NCBI GenBank assembly: GCA_963668315.1
Contig: OY764216.1
Coordinates: 2,912,001 to 2,976,000 of the forward strand
Reading direction: 5' to 3'
DNA: 64,000 bases
Source: Spirochaetia bacterium
GTDB lineage: Bacteria > Spirochaetota > Spirochaetia > DSM-2461
The notes under the pieces were generated by a model that did not search any database, was not told the origin of the DNA, and was given only the letters and a program-made list of their open reading frames with translations. Made by a program: the position numbers and the translations under genes. This document shows, one piece after another, positions 49,383 to 59,745 of this stretch (within the stretch, counting starts at the first letter, position 1; each line of letters begins with the position of its first letter).

Positions 49383-49432
49383 GGGGAAGGGGAAAAATGA
49401 GGTGCAATGTTTCTGGGAATAGTATATGATTC

Positions 49433-49915
49433 ATGACCATGTTACTTGTAGCCATGGCAATTCTCCTCATTCTAAATATGGCTCTGGATCGTACCTGCAT
49501 TAAAACCTTGGGTATAATTAGCGAGCATCTGTATCTGATTTACCATCGTGAGAAATTAGTCCCCGCCAAAGGGATTATCACCCAGCGCGAATGGGGGCTT
49601 TACGATGAGAGTGCTGATAAGGCATTGGCCTTTTCATATAAATTTCAAAATAAGGAGTACATGAATGATACCTATCGATTGGGCATGTATTTCTCAAACC
49701 CCATAGAACATTCCCAGTTGGAATTATCCAAATTTGAAATTAATCAGGAAATTGATATATTCGTCCATAGGGACAATCCGGAAATTTCGGTCATTGAAAC
49801 TACAAAAAATCCCTTTCCCGCCCTACTCATTTTCCTTATCAATCTTTCCGTTCTTTGCCTATTATGGGGCCTTTTGATCTTTTGTTTTATCTATTGGCTG
49901 AAAACATTGGGATAA
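49433..49915 (+). CDS. DUF3592-like membrane protein
   Basis: TM - beta domain (FSYKFQNKEY, IFVHRDNPEISV) - TM. Confidence 0.6.
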   Translation: MTMLLVAMAILLILNMALDRTCIKTLGIISEHLYLIYHREKLVPAKGIITQREWGLYDESADKALAFSYKFQNKEYMNDTYRLGMYFSNPIEHSQLELSKFEINQEIDIFVHRDNPEISVIETTKNPFPALLIFLINLSVLCLLWGLLIFCFIYWLKTLG

Positions 49916-50199
49916 GAATCTTCGACTATCACAGGGATTTTACTACTGCCCAGTCTTTATTAAATATACCCCCCCTTTGCGGGGATGGAAAGCGGAAAAG
50001 TCAATATGAGAGCAGTCCTCCTTCATTAACAGTGCTGATACGCTGACGATGATTGTACACCATGACATAGCGCCTGACTGCTGTTTTTTACTTCTGTGTA
50101 ATTCCCTTTCTTTATTGTATATATCGGAAAAAATGGAGTGGTAATATATTAGGAGGAAAGAGGCGCAGGATTGTCTATAATATAAGCAAGGAGCTGAAA

Positions 50200-51261
50200 A
50201 TGACAGGGAAAGGAATCTCATTATCCGTTAACCGGGCTTTTAAAGTACTGGGACTGCTATTTGTGGCGGGAGGACTGTATTACGGTCTTCTCATCTATTT
50301 CGATCCCGATTCTGCAACGGGGGTAGTCACCGTGCAGGGTACCGTTGAGACCTTGAAAACCGAGAAAGTGAGGCCTCTGGGATTTGAGCATATTCCGGTG
50401 GATTCGGAAGATCCCGAACATGCCTCGGTTCCGTTGAATATAAATACTTTTGCCACGGTTTCCTATTCTTATAATGGAATGGATTACCGCGGCGACATTG
50501 TCTCCTGGGGAGAGCCGAGGGAATGGGAGGAGGGGAAATCCATTGAACTTTACCTTATCGAAGGGGAGTATGATATTCCTCTGGACTATTATCCGGCCGA
50601 AGCGGTTAAGGGGAGGCAGGATGCTTTTATCGTGGGCATCGTGGCTCCTCTTGCCGGTTTTATTCTGATGATAGCCGGATTTCTCTCTGAAAAAGGGGAT
50701 AGGACGAGAGCGCTGGAGCGGGCCCGGAGATCGGCGGAGAAGAAGATTCTCGCAGGTGTCATGGTTCCTGCCGGTACGGGGAAGATATTGGATGTGAAAC
50801 ACCGGGGCAATCTGCTTATGGGGATCCTTTTGCTTGTGCTCGGGGGAATCCTTATTCTCGCCATGGGATTTGCACTGACCAGGGACGCGGCCCTTTATGA
50901 AAAGCTGATATCCGCTTTTCCCCTGCTTATGGGGGCCGCCCTTATTTATCTGGGACGGGGAGAGTTCGGCTGGGAGAGAATCATTATTGATTCGGGCACT
51001 GTGCGTGTGATACGCCGTTTCCCGGGGAAACGTACGGATAGATCCATAGGACTCAACACTTTTTCCGGGATCGGGGAGAATGAACTGATTCGGGGCAGGG
51101 GATCTCTGATCGGCCGTCATTCCCGGGAGCTGGTGCTTCTCCATGAAGATCCGGATTTTTCCGAGCTTTCCCTGATAAGTGTTCCCTTCGGGGAGGAAGG
51201 TCAGGTAAAGGCCGAAGAGTTGGCCGGGCAGCTGGGGCTGCCGCTGACGGAAAAGCTGTAA
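50200..51261 (+). CDS. Hypothetical membrane protein (DUF3592-like N-part)
   Basis: Four TM helices; VSYSYNGMDY; GGAG SD. Confidence 0.6.
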   Translation: MTGKGISLSVNRAFKVLGLLFVAGGLYYGLLIYFDPDSATGVVTVQGTVETLKTEKVRPLGFEHIPVDSEDPEHASVPLNINTFATVSYSYNGMDYRGDIVSWGEPREWEEGKSIELYLIEGEYDIPLDYYPAEAVKGRQDAFIVGIVAPLAGFILMIAGFLSEKGDRTRALERARRSAEKKILAGVMVPAGTGKILDVKHRGNLLMGILLLVLGGILILAMGFALTRDAALYEKLISAFPLLMGAALIYLGRGEFGWERIIIDSGTVRVIRRFPGKRTDRSIGLNTFSGIGENELIRGRGSLIGRHSRELVLLHEDPDFSELSLISVPFGEEGQVKAEELAGQLGLPLTEKL

Positions 51262-51358
51262 AGTAAACCCCCGAAAAATCTGAACTGATTGTATTTATAA
51301 AACAGAATTCTTTTTTTGAATATGCTAATATTCTATTTTCACGTACAAAGGAAAATTA

Positions 51359-52113
51359 ATGAATATTTCTATTCAAATGAAAAAAAGATTTCCCATTATC
51401 TCAATATTGCTGGTTATAAGTTGCTTGATTTCTTCGATTCCTCAACTTATTTTACCCCCATTATATAATTTCGCAACTGGGCAGTTTCCAAGTCTAACAT
51501 CGATATATCTCATAACATTACCCGTTTTTACCCACGCCCCTCATATTTTCATAAATCATTTAGCTGGAAATCTATTGGTAATCATTCTTTTTGGCGGATT
51601 AGTTGAAATCATACTTGGTTCTTCCAGATTCGCTCTATTAACACTATTTACTTTTATTTCAACCACTTCCCTTAGTTATTTTCATTCCTTAAATAGTGGC
51701 GGTTATACCCATGGCGCTTCGGGAATCTGTTTTGGTTATATTATGTTCTTTATTTTTTTTATTGTTATTGCCATAGAGAATAATAAAATGTCGAGGAATA
51801 CACTGCTAAAAGTCATCATTCCCATTCTATTGGCAACATTTTCTATTGTCGGCTTACCAATTTACGAAGTTACCATTCTAAAAATGGGTTTTTTTGAAAA
51901 TTTTGGACAAACTGTTCATTTAATGTCATATGCAATGACAGTTCCTTTTTTGATTTTATGGAGAAAGGATTTTGAAAAAAATAGTTTGCTTATTCTCGAT
52001 AATAGGAAAATTGAAAAAACAAACAGCTATAAATCTATTTCAATTGTACTTCTCTTTATCATCCTTTTCATGAATTTTATTGCTACCGGAATTGTAGCTA
52101 AGAAAGTGCTGGA
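51359..52113 (+). pseudogene. Rhomboid-family intramembrane protease, 5' part (IS-interrupted; reads on to a stop at 52138 inside the IS)
   Basis: FTH...NHLAGN, GASG, downstream His; frame continues at 53422. Confidence 0.75.
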
Positions 52114-53413
52114 GATAGAGCAACCCCTTTGTCTGTAAAATCAAAAAAGTTAATCAGTCTCCATATTTAAATACCGCTTACCTGTGAACCATTGTTCATC
52201 TATTTCCATTAACAGAGCGGAAACCAATCTATCGACAGATTCCTTATTTGGAAATATCATAGCCACCTTCGTTCTTCTTTTAATTTCCCTCATCTGACGT
52301 TCTGCCAGATTTGAAGTCCTTAACCTTCTCCAATGTGACTTTGGCATTTTAAAGATCGTGAGCGCTTCAGGAACATTCTGATCCATCCAACTGCTTAGTT
52401 CTGGCGCAGTTTTCTCATACTTCTTCACCGCCATAGAAAGAAAACGGTTAGCCTCCTCTCCATTGGGAGCGTTAAAAATGGTTCTTATATCCTCCGCGAC
52501 CTCTTTATCCATACTTTTCTTTGGCACATGATGTCCCGCATCCTGTTGCAGATGGAACTGGCACCGCTGCCAGGGAACTGTTGGAAAAACCGATTCTATT
52601 GCTGATCTCAGGCCGCTATGAGCATCGGAAGTTATCATCTTCACGCCATGGAGCCCCCGATCTACCAGACCGGAAAGAAAACCTCTCCAGTGTACATCGG
52701 CCTCACTGAGTTCTGTAGAAATATCCAATACTCGTCTCATCCCATTATTATCAACACCATAGGCAATTAGAACGGCTGCAGAAACAACAGTTCTATTCAC
52801 TCGAGCCTTCTCATAAGTGGCGTCAACGACAAGATAAGGAAAAGCTCCCAGAGGACGATTACGCCATTTGGTGATCTCTTCATCAAGGAGAGCTGCCGCT
52901 TCTGAAACCTGCGATTGGGAAACTTCGAAGCCGCAGAGCTGTTCTACTATTTTGGTCACTCTGCGAGTTGATACGCCTTGGATGTACATCTGAGCTATGG
53001 CCATTTTCAGGGCTCTTTCGCTGCGGCACCCCTTTTCAATGCTGCCAGGATAGAATTCCATCCCACGGACCTGTGGGATCTCGATGGGAATTTCGCCGAC
53101 TCGAGTCCGGATCTTTCTGCTCTTGTACCCATTCCTATGCCCAATACGATCATCGTTCCGTTCATAATGACTGGCTTGAATTGCCTTCTCCTGCTCTAAC
53201 CGCATAGATAAATTCATTATTGAACTTATGACTTTTGTTAATCCTTCTCTATTCTCTGCCTGGAGGTCTTCAATCATTTGATCGAAAACGCTATAGTAAT
53301 CCTCGTTAGTCATGATGCCTTCTTTTGTTTTTCGTCGAACTAATCGAAGACTGATTGGCTAACTTTTTCAAGCCCCCTTTATTTCTAATTTACAGACACT
53401 ATTGTACACTATC
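52114..53413 (-). mobile_element. IS256-family insertion sequence (1300 bp)
   Basis: Imperfect TIRs GATAG...TGTCTGTAAA; 8-bp TSD GTGCTGGA at 52106-52113 and 53414-53421. Confidence 0.93.
52150..53313 (-). CDS. IS256-family transposase (intact)
   Basis: RNGYK, GVSTRRV, VVDA, SDAHSGL, WQRCQFH, RTSNLAER. Confidence 0.93.
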   Translation of the reverse strand: MTNEDYYSVFDQMIEDLQAENREGLTKVISSIMNLSMRLEQEKAIQASHYERNDDRIGHRNGYKSRKIRTRVGEIPIEIPQVRGMEFYPGSIEKGCRSERALKMAIAQMYIQGVSTRRVTKIVEQLCGFEVSQSQVSEAAALLDEEITKWRNRPLGAFPYLVVDATYEKARVNRTVVSAAVLIAYGVDNNGMRRVLDISTELSEADVHWRGFLSGLVDRGLHGVKMITSDAHSGLRSAIESVFPTVPWQRCQFHLQQDAGHHVPKKSMDKEVAEDIRTIFNAPNGEEANRFLSMAVKKYEKTAPELSSWMDQNVPEALTIFKMPKSHWRRLRTSNLAERQMREIKRRTKVAMIFPNKESVDRLVSALLMEIDEQWFTGKRYLNMETD

Positions 53414-53421
53414 GTGCTGGA

Positions 53422-53743
53422 CACTAATAATGATAATTTTGTCTATACTGTAAGGCCAAATAAATCCATGAATATAGAAGAGATAGATAAGACCGTTTAT
53501 ATCCATTTTAATCAAAAAATGTTAATTGATTCAGAGCATTTGACTATGAAATCGATTAATTATTCATCTGAAGAAGTTCCGAGTTTTCAATTTCAATGGA
53601 TTGATTCACAAAATGCAAAAATTGTATTTTCCAGATTATTTGAAAATGAAGAAAGTATTTTATTGGAATTTCTCATTAAGAGAGAAGTGCTTGGGGGAAT
53701 AAAAAAAGAAGAGCGAATTGTTATAGATTACGGAGTTCAATAA
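53422..53743 (+). pseudogene. 3' part of the IS-interrupted rhomboid gene (soluble beta-rich domain)
   Basis: In frame with 51359-52113 once the IS and one TSD are removed (KKVLDTNNDNF...). Confidence 0.75.
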
Positions 53744-53851
53744 GTAACGGAATATTTATCATATATTTGAGTTCCTATTTCAAGAATACACCCTAAGGCT
53801 TCTTCCGATAATTGAGAAAGGATTACCTCTCATTCGGTGACGCGGGAGGTT

Positions 53852-55951
53852 TCAGCCTATCAACTTTTCCCTATTGTCCTCCACTTTGAAGAATGTCATT
53901 CTGCGGTTGACCTCTTCGGTATTACTGGTCAGGGATTCCGCCATGGCCGCCAGCTGTTCCGCCGCGATGGATTCCTGCTGGACGGCATGGCTGAACTGGG
54001 CCATGGCTTTCTTGATCTCTTCTATCTGGCGGAATTCATCACGGGATGAGCTGTTGATGTTATTCATATTTCGTACCAGCCTCTCCATCTCCGACATGAT
54101 TTCATGGCAGAGTCCCGCGGCCCTCTCCGTCAGGGCGGAGCTATTCTGGGTAATCTCGTGGATCCCCAAGGCGGCGGATTGGCTCCGTTCCGACAGTTTG
54201 CGGACTTCCAGGGCCACTATGGCGAACCCGCGACCCGCTTCTCCCGCCCTGGCCGCTTCGATGGACGCATTCAGGGAGAGAAGACCGGTCTGATGGGCCA
54301 TCTCATCAATCTGGCCGACTTTTTCGCTTATATTCAGATTCATTCCATGATTCTCGTCCATTATCTTCTCGGCTTCATTCAACTTCTCTTTAACCAGGTC
54401 CGCCAGATCCGCCGCGGCGCCCGTATTATTGACATGATCCTTGATGTTTTCGAAAATCTGATTGACCGACGCTTCCACTTCCTCGGAGACGGAAGCCTGC
54501 TCCTCCGCGAGGGAAGAGAGCTCTTCCGCCGCCGCGCTTAGCTCTTCACTGCTGGACGCGTTGCTTCTGACCGATGACTGTATGGTGCTGACGATGTTTT
54601 CCAGCCGTTCCGACATGCGGTGCAGATCAAGAAAAACGCCCCGCAGTCTGTTCATTTCGTGGGGTGGCAGAACCTTTAGATAGCCCTGGGAGACCGATTC
54701 GGCTATATCGCGGATTTCATGGGGCTCGCCTCCCAGGGGACGGGTCGTGGAGAGCGCCAGATAGACCGCGCTCAGGAGACCCAGCGCCAGGGCGCCGCCC
54801 AGAATATACAGGGAAAGCCAGATGGTACGGCGTATCTGGGCGTTCATAGCCTCTTCCTTAATCCTCAGGGCTTCCTCAATTTCATCAATATATACGCCCG
54901 TCCCGATGATCCAGCCCCAGGGTTCAAAATACCGGACATAGGATGTTTTGGGCATCTCTTCGGTCAGTCCGGTATCCGTTGGCTTGGGCCAGCTGTAATC
55001 GATGAATCCCTTTCCCTCTCCCAGGGCGATCTCGACGAATCTCTGGAAAATATTCCTGCCCGTTCCGGTCTCCCTGTTATAATCGCGGCTGTCCATGGGA
55101 AGGCCGTTCAGCTCGGGAGACGTGGGATGCATGATCATGTACGGGTAGGGTTCCCGGGTATCATTAATCCAGAAATATCCCAGGCCCTCATCGTATCTCA
55201 TGTTTTGAATAGCATTTTTCGCCTGATTTCTGGCGTCGGCTTCCGCGTCGTCCACATAGATCCCCGTTCCCACGATCCATCCCCACTCTTCGTCGAGCCG
55301 GACATAGGAAAGCTTGGGTTTGTCCTCGGTCAGCCCGTCCGGTCCCGGCTTGGGCCAGGAGTAATCCACGTATCCCTCTCCCTCGCTGTCGGTCACTTCG
55401 ACAAAGGCCTGGAAGAGAGATTTATCGCTCCTGTAGGCGCAGTTGTACTGGGGGTCGTCCATAACGGCGCCTTCAAGGGCGGGGGACGTGGGGTGCATGA
55501 TCATACGGGGATAGGGCTTTCCCCTGTCGTTGATCCAGATATACCCGGAGCCCTTGTCATAGCGCAGATCCCGTATCTCTTCCGCGGCGAGACGGCGGGC
55601 CTCCTCCTCGCTGATGAGGCCGGCCGTCGCCTGGGATTGATACTTGTCTATGCTGCGCCAGGCCAGGTCCATGATATTCTCAAGGGAGGGCCCGTAGCGC
55701 TGAATCAGATAATCCCTGTCCCGGCTGTTGGCCATGGAGGTCTGGAGAACCTGCCAGGCCAGATCGACATTATCGCTGATTTTCTTTTGAATCTTTGCCA
55801 GTTCTTCACTGCGGAACTGAATCTTCTGTTCCCGGAATTCTTTCAGATCGGAGTAGATATTGTAGAACGAAAGAGAACCGACGACCAGAACGAGAGTCAA
55901 GGCCATGATAACCAGAATACGAGTCCGAAGCTTCCAGATATTCTTTTTCAT
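53852..55951 (-). CDS. Methyl-accepting chemotaxis protein with two tandem sCache_2-type sensor domains
   Basis: TM-Cache-Cache-[31 protein letters not shown] hairpin. Confidence 0.92.
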   Translation of the reverse strand: MKKNIWKLRTRILVIMALTLVLVVGSLSFYNIYSDLKEFREQKIQFRSEELAKIQKKISDNVDLAWQVLQTSMANSRDRDYLIQRYGPSLENIMDLAWRSIDKYQSQATAGLISEEEARRLAAEEIRDLRYDKGSGYIWINDRGKPYPRMIMHPTSPALEGAVMDDPQYNCAYRSDKSLFQAFVEVTDSEGEGYVDYSWPKPGPDGLTEDKPKLSYVRLDEEWGWIVGTGIYVDDAEADARNQAKNAIQNMRYDEGLGYFWINDTREPYPYMIMHPTSPELNGLPMDSRDYNRETGTGRNIFQRFVEIALGEGKGFIDYSWPKPTDTGLTEEMPKTSYVRYFEPWGWIIGTGVYIDEIEEALRIKEEAMNAQIRRTIWLSLYILGGALALGLLSAVYLALSTTRPLGGEPHEIRDIAESVSQGYLKVLPPHEMNRLRGVFLDLHRMSERLENIVSTIQSSVRSNASSSEELSAAAEELSSLAEEQASVSEEVEASVNQIFENIKDHVNNTGAAADLADLVKEKLNEAEKIMDENHGMNLNISEKVGQIDEMAHQTGLLSLNASIEAARAGEAGRGFAIVALEVRKLSERSQSAALGIHEITQNSSALTERAAGLCHEIMSEMERLVRNMNNINSSSRDEFRQIEEIKKAMAQFSHAVQQESIAAEQLAAMAESLTSNTEEVNRRMTFFKVEDNREKLIG

Positions 55952-56091
55952 AAATGCTCCCTTATGGGTAAGGCAGGCGGGCTATGTGTTTATTATTAAA
56001 ACAATAGTCTTTTTTTGACGAATTGCAAGTTTTTTGGTAAAGAATTCTCCTAATTCGACGCTCCTGCCTGGTCCGGCTCCCCTGCCGGACA

Positions 56092-56146
56092 AGGGATTGA
56101 AGCGATACCCCGCAGCCGCAGGCGAGGAGTACAAGCGGAAAGCCCG
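56092..56146 (+). ncRNA. Flavo-1-like structured RNA / REP-like element
   Basis: AGGGATTGAAGCG...AGCGGAAAGCCCG framing, flanked by hairpins at 56071-56090 and 56148-56162; family match is from memory. Confidence 0.55.
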
Positions 56147-56233
56147 GTGGCGCGGAGCGCCATGGCCCCCAAAGAAGCTTCTCCTGACCGCTTTAGGCTT
56201 TACTTTTTTCCATCCGCTCAGTATCTTACATCC

Positions 56234-56947
56234 ATGAACAAGAGTCTCGTCACAAATCTGATAGCCCTGGTTTTTATCGGGGCGGGATATTTTTCTCCCT
56301 GGGCGGGGGATCAGCTGCTTTCGGTGGGCATTTTCGCTCTGTCCGGCGCCATCACCAACTGGCTGGCCGTGTATATGCTTTTCGAGCGGGTGCCCCTTCT
56401 GTACGGTTCGGGCGTTATTCCCCGCCATTTCGAAGATATCAAGGTGGGCCTGAAGAATCTGGTGATGGAGGAGTTCTTCTCCGATGAGAAAATCGATCAG
56501 TTCTTCGCCGACAGCCGGGACGCTCTGGTGGGGCAGATCAACATTGCCGGGATGGCCGATAAAATCGACTTTAATCCCATCTACGACAGCCTGATTGATG
56601 AGGTGCTATCCTCCGGCGTGGGCAGTATGCTGGGGATGTTCGGGGGACGGTCCCTTCTTGAGAAGTACCGGGAATCGGCCATTTCCAAGATTCGCGAGTA
56701 TATCGGCCGGGAATTTACCCCGGAGAAGACCGCCGCGTTGCTGGAGAGCGGCGATATGCCCCATATCCCTTCCATGGTACAGAAAAAAGTGGAGGATCTG
56801 GTGCAGGCCCGTCTGGAGGAACTGACCCCAGAGCAGGTCAAGCGGATCGTGCAGAATATGATTCGCAAACATCTGGGATGGCTGGTCGTCTGGGGGGGTG
56901 TCTTCGGCGGTCTGATCGGCCTTGTGGTTACTTTCCTGCCCTTTTAA
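56234..56947 (+). CDS. DUF445 family membrane protein
   Basis: MNKSLVTN, GAITNWLAVYML, HLGWLVVWGGVFGGLIG. Confidence 0.85.
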   Translation: MNKSLVTNLIALVFIGAGYFSPWAGDQLLSVGIFALSGAITNWLAVYMLFERVPLLYGSGVIPRHFEDIKVGLKNLVMEEFFSDEKIDQFFADSRDALVGQINIAGMADKIDFNPIYDSLIDEVLSSGVGSMLGMFGGRSLLEKYRESAISKIREYIGREFTPEKTAALLESGDMPHIPSMVQKKVEDLVQARLEELTPEQVKRIVQNMIRKHLGWLVVWGGVFGGLIGLVVTFLPF

Positions 56948-56967
56948 TTTCCAAGGAGTAAAACGTT

Positions 56968-59742
56968 ATGAATCCCTACCGATTGAACCGGGAAGAGTAC
57001 GCCCGTACGGCGCGGCAGGCGGCGGCCGAAGGCTGTGTGCTTCTGAAGAACGACGGGGAGACTCTTCCTCTGCCCGAGGGCGGAAGGGTGGCGGTTTTCG
57101 GCCGTATCCAGTTTGACTATTACAAGGCCGGCCTGGGATCGGGGGGACTGGTCAATACGGATTATGTGGCGGGGATTCTGGATGCCCTGAGGGAGTCGGG
57201 CAGAGTCCGGCTGAACGAAGGGGTTCTGGCCGCCTACGAGGCGTGGCGGGAGGATAACCCCTTTGACGAAGGGGAGGGCTGGGGCAAGGTGCCCTGGTCG
57301 CAGAAGGAGATGCCCCTGACCGACGAACTGGTCTCCCGGGCCGCTTCCGAATCGGACCGGGCGGTGATTGTCATAGGACGGACCGGCGGGGAGGATCAGG
57401 ATATCCGGGACGAGGCGGGGAGCTTCCGCCTGACCGCGGTGGAAGAGGATATGATCCGCCGGGTGACCGATGCCTTTGAGAAGACCGCCGTGGTTCTGAA
57501 CGTGGGCAATATCATCGATATGGGCTGGGTGGAATTGTATCACCCCTCGGCTGTGCTCTATGCCTGGCAGGGCGGTCAGGAAGGGGGAAACGGCGTCATG
57601 GACGTTCTGACCGGTTCCGTTTCTCCCTCGGGAAAGCTGACCGATACCATCGCCCGGGAGATCGCCGATTACCCCTCCACCGCTGATTTCGGCGGTCTTG
57701 AGAGGAACTTCTACACCGAAGATATCTACGTGGGGTACCGCTACTTCGAGACCTTTGCTCCCGATAGGGTGCTCTATCCCTTCGGCTTCGGACTCTCCTA
57801 TACCGATTTTACCCTGGATACCGTCTCCTTTTCCCGGGGGGATGACGCGGTTGACCTGACGGTGAGGGTGACGAACCGGGGAGGGCGTGAGGGAAAAGAG
57901 GTGGTGCAGATTTACGGCGAACCTCCCCAGGGGCGGCTGGGCAAGCCCGCCCGTGTCCTTATCGGCTACGGGAAAACCGGCGTGATCGCTCCGGGGGAGT
58001 CGGAGGAGCTGGCCTTTCACCTGCCCCTTTCCCTGCTGGCTTCCTACGATGACGGAGGAGCCGCCGGGCACAGATCGGCCTGGATTCTGGAAGAGGGGAC
58101 CTATGCCTTCTTCGCGGGAAACAATGTGAGAGACACCCGTCCGGCGGGTTCCTTTGTACTGGAAGGGCGGGTGCTTGAGCCGCTAGAAGCGGCCTGTGCG
58201 CCGGTTCTGCCCTTTACCCGGATCAGGCCGGAAGGGAACGGGCAAGGCGTCTATCGAGCCGTCAGGGAAGATGTTCCCCTGCGTCCGGAGAGGAGAGAGG
58301 CTGCCCCCGTGGGGGAAATCCCCTTTACGCCGTCAAGTTCTGTGACTCTGGGGCAGGTTTACCGGAAGGAAGCCTCCCTGGACGATTTTATCGCCGGCCT
58401 GAGCGAGGAGGAGATGGCCGCCCTGATCCGGGGCGAGGGAATGTGCAGCCCCAAGGTGACTCCCGGTGTGGCCGCCGCCTTCGGAGGGCTCAGCCCGTCC
58501 CTGGGCGAAAAGGAGCTCCCCGCCGCCTGCTGTGCCGACGGTCCTTCGGGTATCCGCATGGACTGCGGAACCAAAGCGTTCAGTCTGCCCAACGGGACGG
58601 CCCTGGGCTGTACCTTCAATGACGCCCTGGTCGAGGAGCTGTTCGGTTTCCTGGGGCGGGAGCTGAGGCTTAACAAAATCGATACGATTCTGGGGCCGGG
58701 GCTGAATATCCACCGTAATCCTCTGAACGGGCGGAATTTCGAATACGTTTCCGAAGATCCCCTGCTCACCGGTAAGATGGCCGCCGCCCAGCTCAAGGGA
58801 CTGGCCCGGTCCGGCGTGACCGGCACGATCAAGCACTTTGCGGCCAATAACCAGGAGTCCGCCCGGAGCAGGGCCGATTCGGTTGTTTCCGAAAGGGCCT
58901 TGCGGGAGATTTACCTGAAGGGTTTCGAGATCGCCGTGAAAGAGGGCGGGGCCTATGCGGTCATGACCACCTACGGACCGGTCAACGGGATCTGGACGGC
59001 GGGGAATTACGATCTGTGCACCCGGATCCTGCGGGACGAGTGGGGATTTGAGGGCATCGTGATGACCGACTGGTGGGCGGCGATGAACTGGGAAGGGGAG
59101 GGCTCTTCCCGGAGCAATACCGCCGCCATGGTAAAGGCCCAGAATGACCTCTATATGTGCGTGAATGAGGCGGAAACCAATTCCGCCGGCGACAACACCC
59201 TGGAGATGCTGGGGAAAGGGGTTATAACCCGGGGGGAGCTGCAGAGAAACTGCCGTAATATTCTGGCTTTCCTCCTTGGTTCCCTGGCGATGAAACACTT
59301 TATGGGGGATATATCCGCGGAAGAACTGGAGGATATGAAGCAGGACCGGGAGAGCGACTTTGATCCCGGTGATCTTGTCTATTACCGCAGTTCCGATGAC
59401 CGGGTGATGATAGACGGCTCGACCTTTACAACGGTCAAGGGGACAGCGGAAGTGTTCGGTATTACGGTGGAGCAGTTCGGCTTCTATGAAGCCGTCATGA
59501 CCTATTCGTCCTCCCTGGGGGAGCTGGCCCAGCTGCCGGTGAGCCTCTATATGGATAATATTAATAAAGGAACCTTTTCACTTAAGGGAGCGGAGGGGAA
59601 AAGGAAGGAGGCCGTCATCGATCTGGGAATGGTTTTCGGGGTGAATCATTTTTTCAAACTGTTCTTTTCCCATACCGGACTGGACGTGGAGTCTCTGGAA
59701 TTCCGGCTGACAAAGGCGGTGAATCCCTTTGAAGAGTCCTGA
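56968..59742 (+). CDS. GH3 beta-glucosidase with permuted domain order
   Basis: N-terminal EGCVLLKN/(a/b)6 domain, YPFGFGLSYT, Fn3 (KEVVQIY), then TIM barrel (DGPSG, GRNFEY, KHF, MTDW). Confidence 0.92.
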   Translation: MNPYRLNREEYARTARQAAAEGCVLLKNDGETLPLPEGGRVAVFGRIQFDYYKAGLGSGGLVNTDYVAGILDALRESGRVRLNEGVLAAYEAWREDNPFDEGEGWGKVPWSQKEMPLTDELVSRAASESDRAVIVIGRTGGEDQDIRDEAGSFRLTAVEEDMIRRVTDAFEKTAVVLNVGNIIDMGWVELYHPSAVLYAWQGGQEGGNGVMDVLTGSVSPSGKLTDTIAREIADYPSTADFGGLERNFYTEDIYVGYRYFETFAPDRVLYPFGFGLSYTDFTLDTVSFSRGDDAVDLTVRVTNRGGREGKEVVQIYGEPPQGRLGKPARVLIGYGKTGVIAPGESEELAFHLPLSLLASYDDGGAAGHRSAWILEEGTYAFFAGNNVRDTRPAGSFVLEGRVLEPLEAACAPVLPFTRIRPEGNGQGVYRAVREDVPLRPERREAAPVGEIPFTPSSSVTLGQVYRKEASLDDFIAGLSEEEMAALIRGEGMCSPKVTPGVAAAFGGLSPSLGEKELPAACCADGPSGIRMDCGTKAFSLPNGTALGCTFNDALVEELFGFLGRELRLNKIDTILGPGLNIHRNPLNGRNFEYVSEDPLLTGKMAAAQLKGLARSGVTGTIKHFAANNQESARSRADSVVSERALREIYLKGFEIAVKEGGAYAVMTTYGPVNGIWTAGNYDLCTRILRDEWGFEGIVMTDWWAAMNWEGEGSSRSNTAAMVKAQNDLYMCVNEAETNSAGDNTLEMLGKGVITRGELQRNCRNILAFLLGSLAMKHFMGDISAEELEDMKQDRESDFDPGDLVYYRSSDDRVMIDGSTFTTVKGTAEVFGITVEQFGFYEAVMTYSSSLGELAQLPVSLYMDNINKGTFSLKGAEGKRKEAVIDLGMVFGVNHFFKLFFSHTGLDVESLEFRLTKAVNPFEES

Positions 59743-59745
59743 TTT

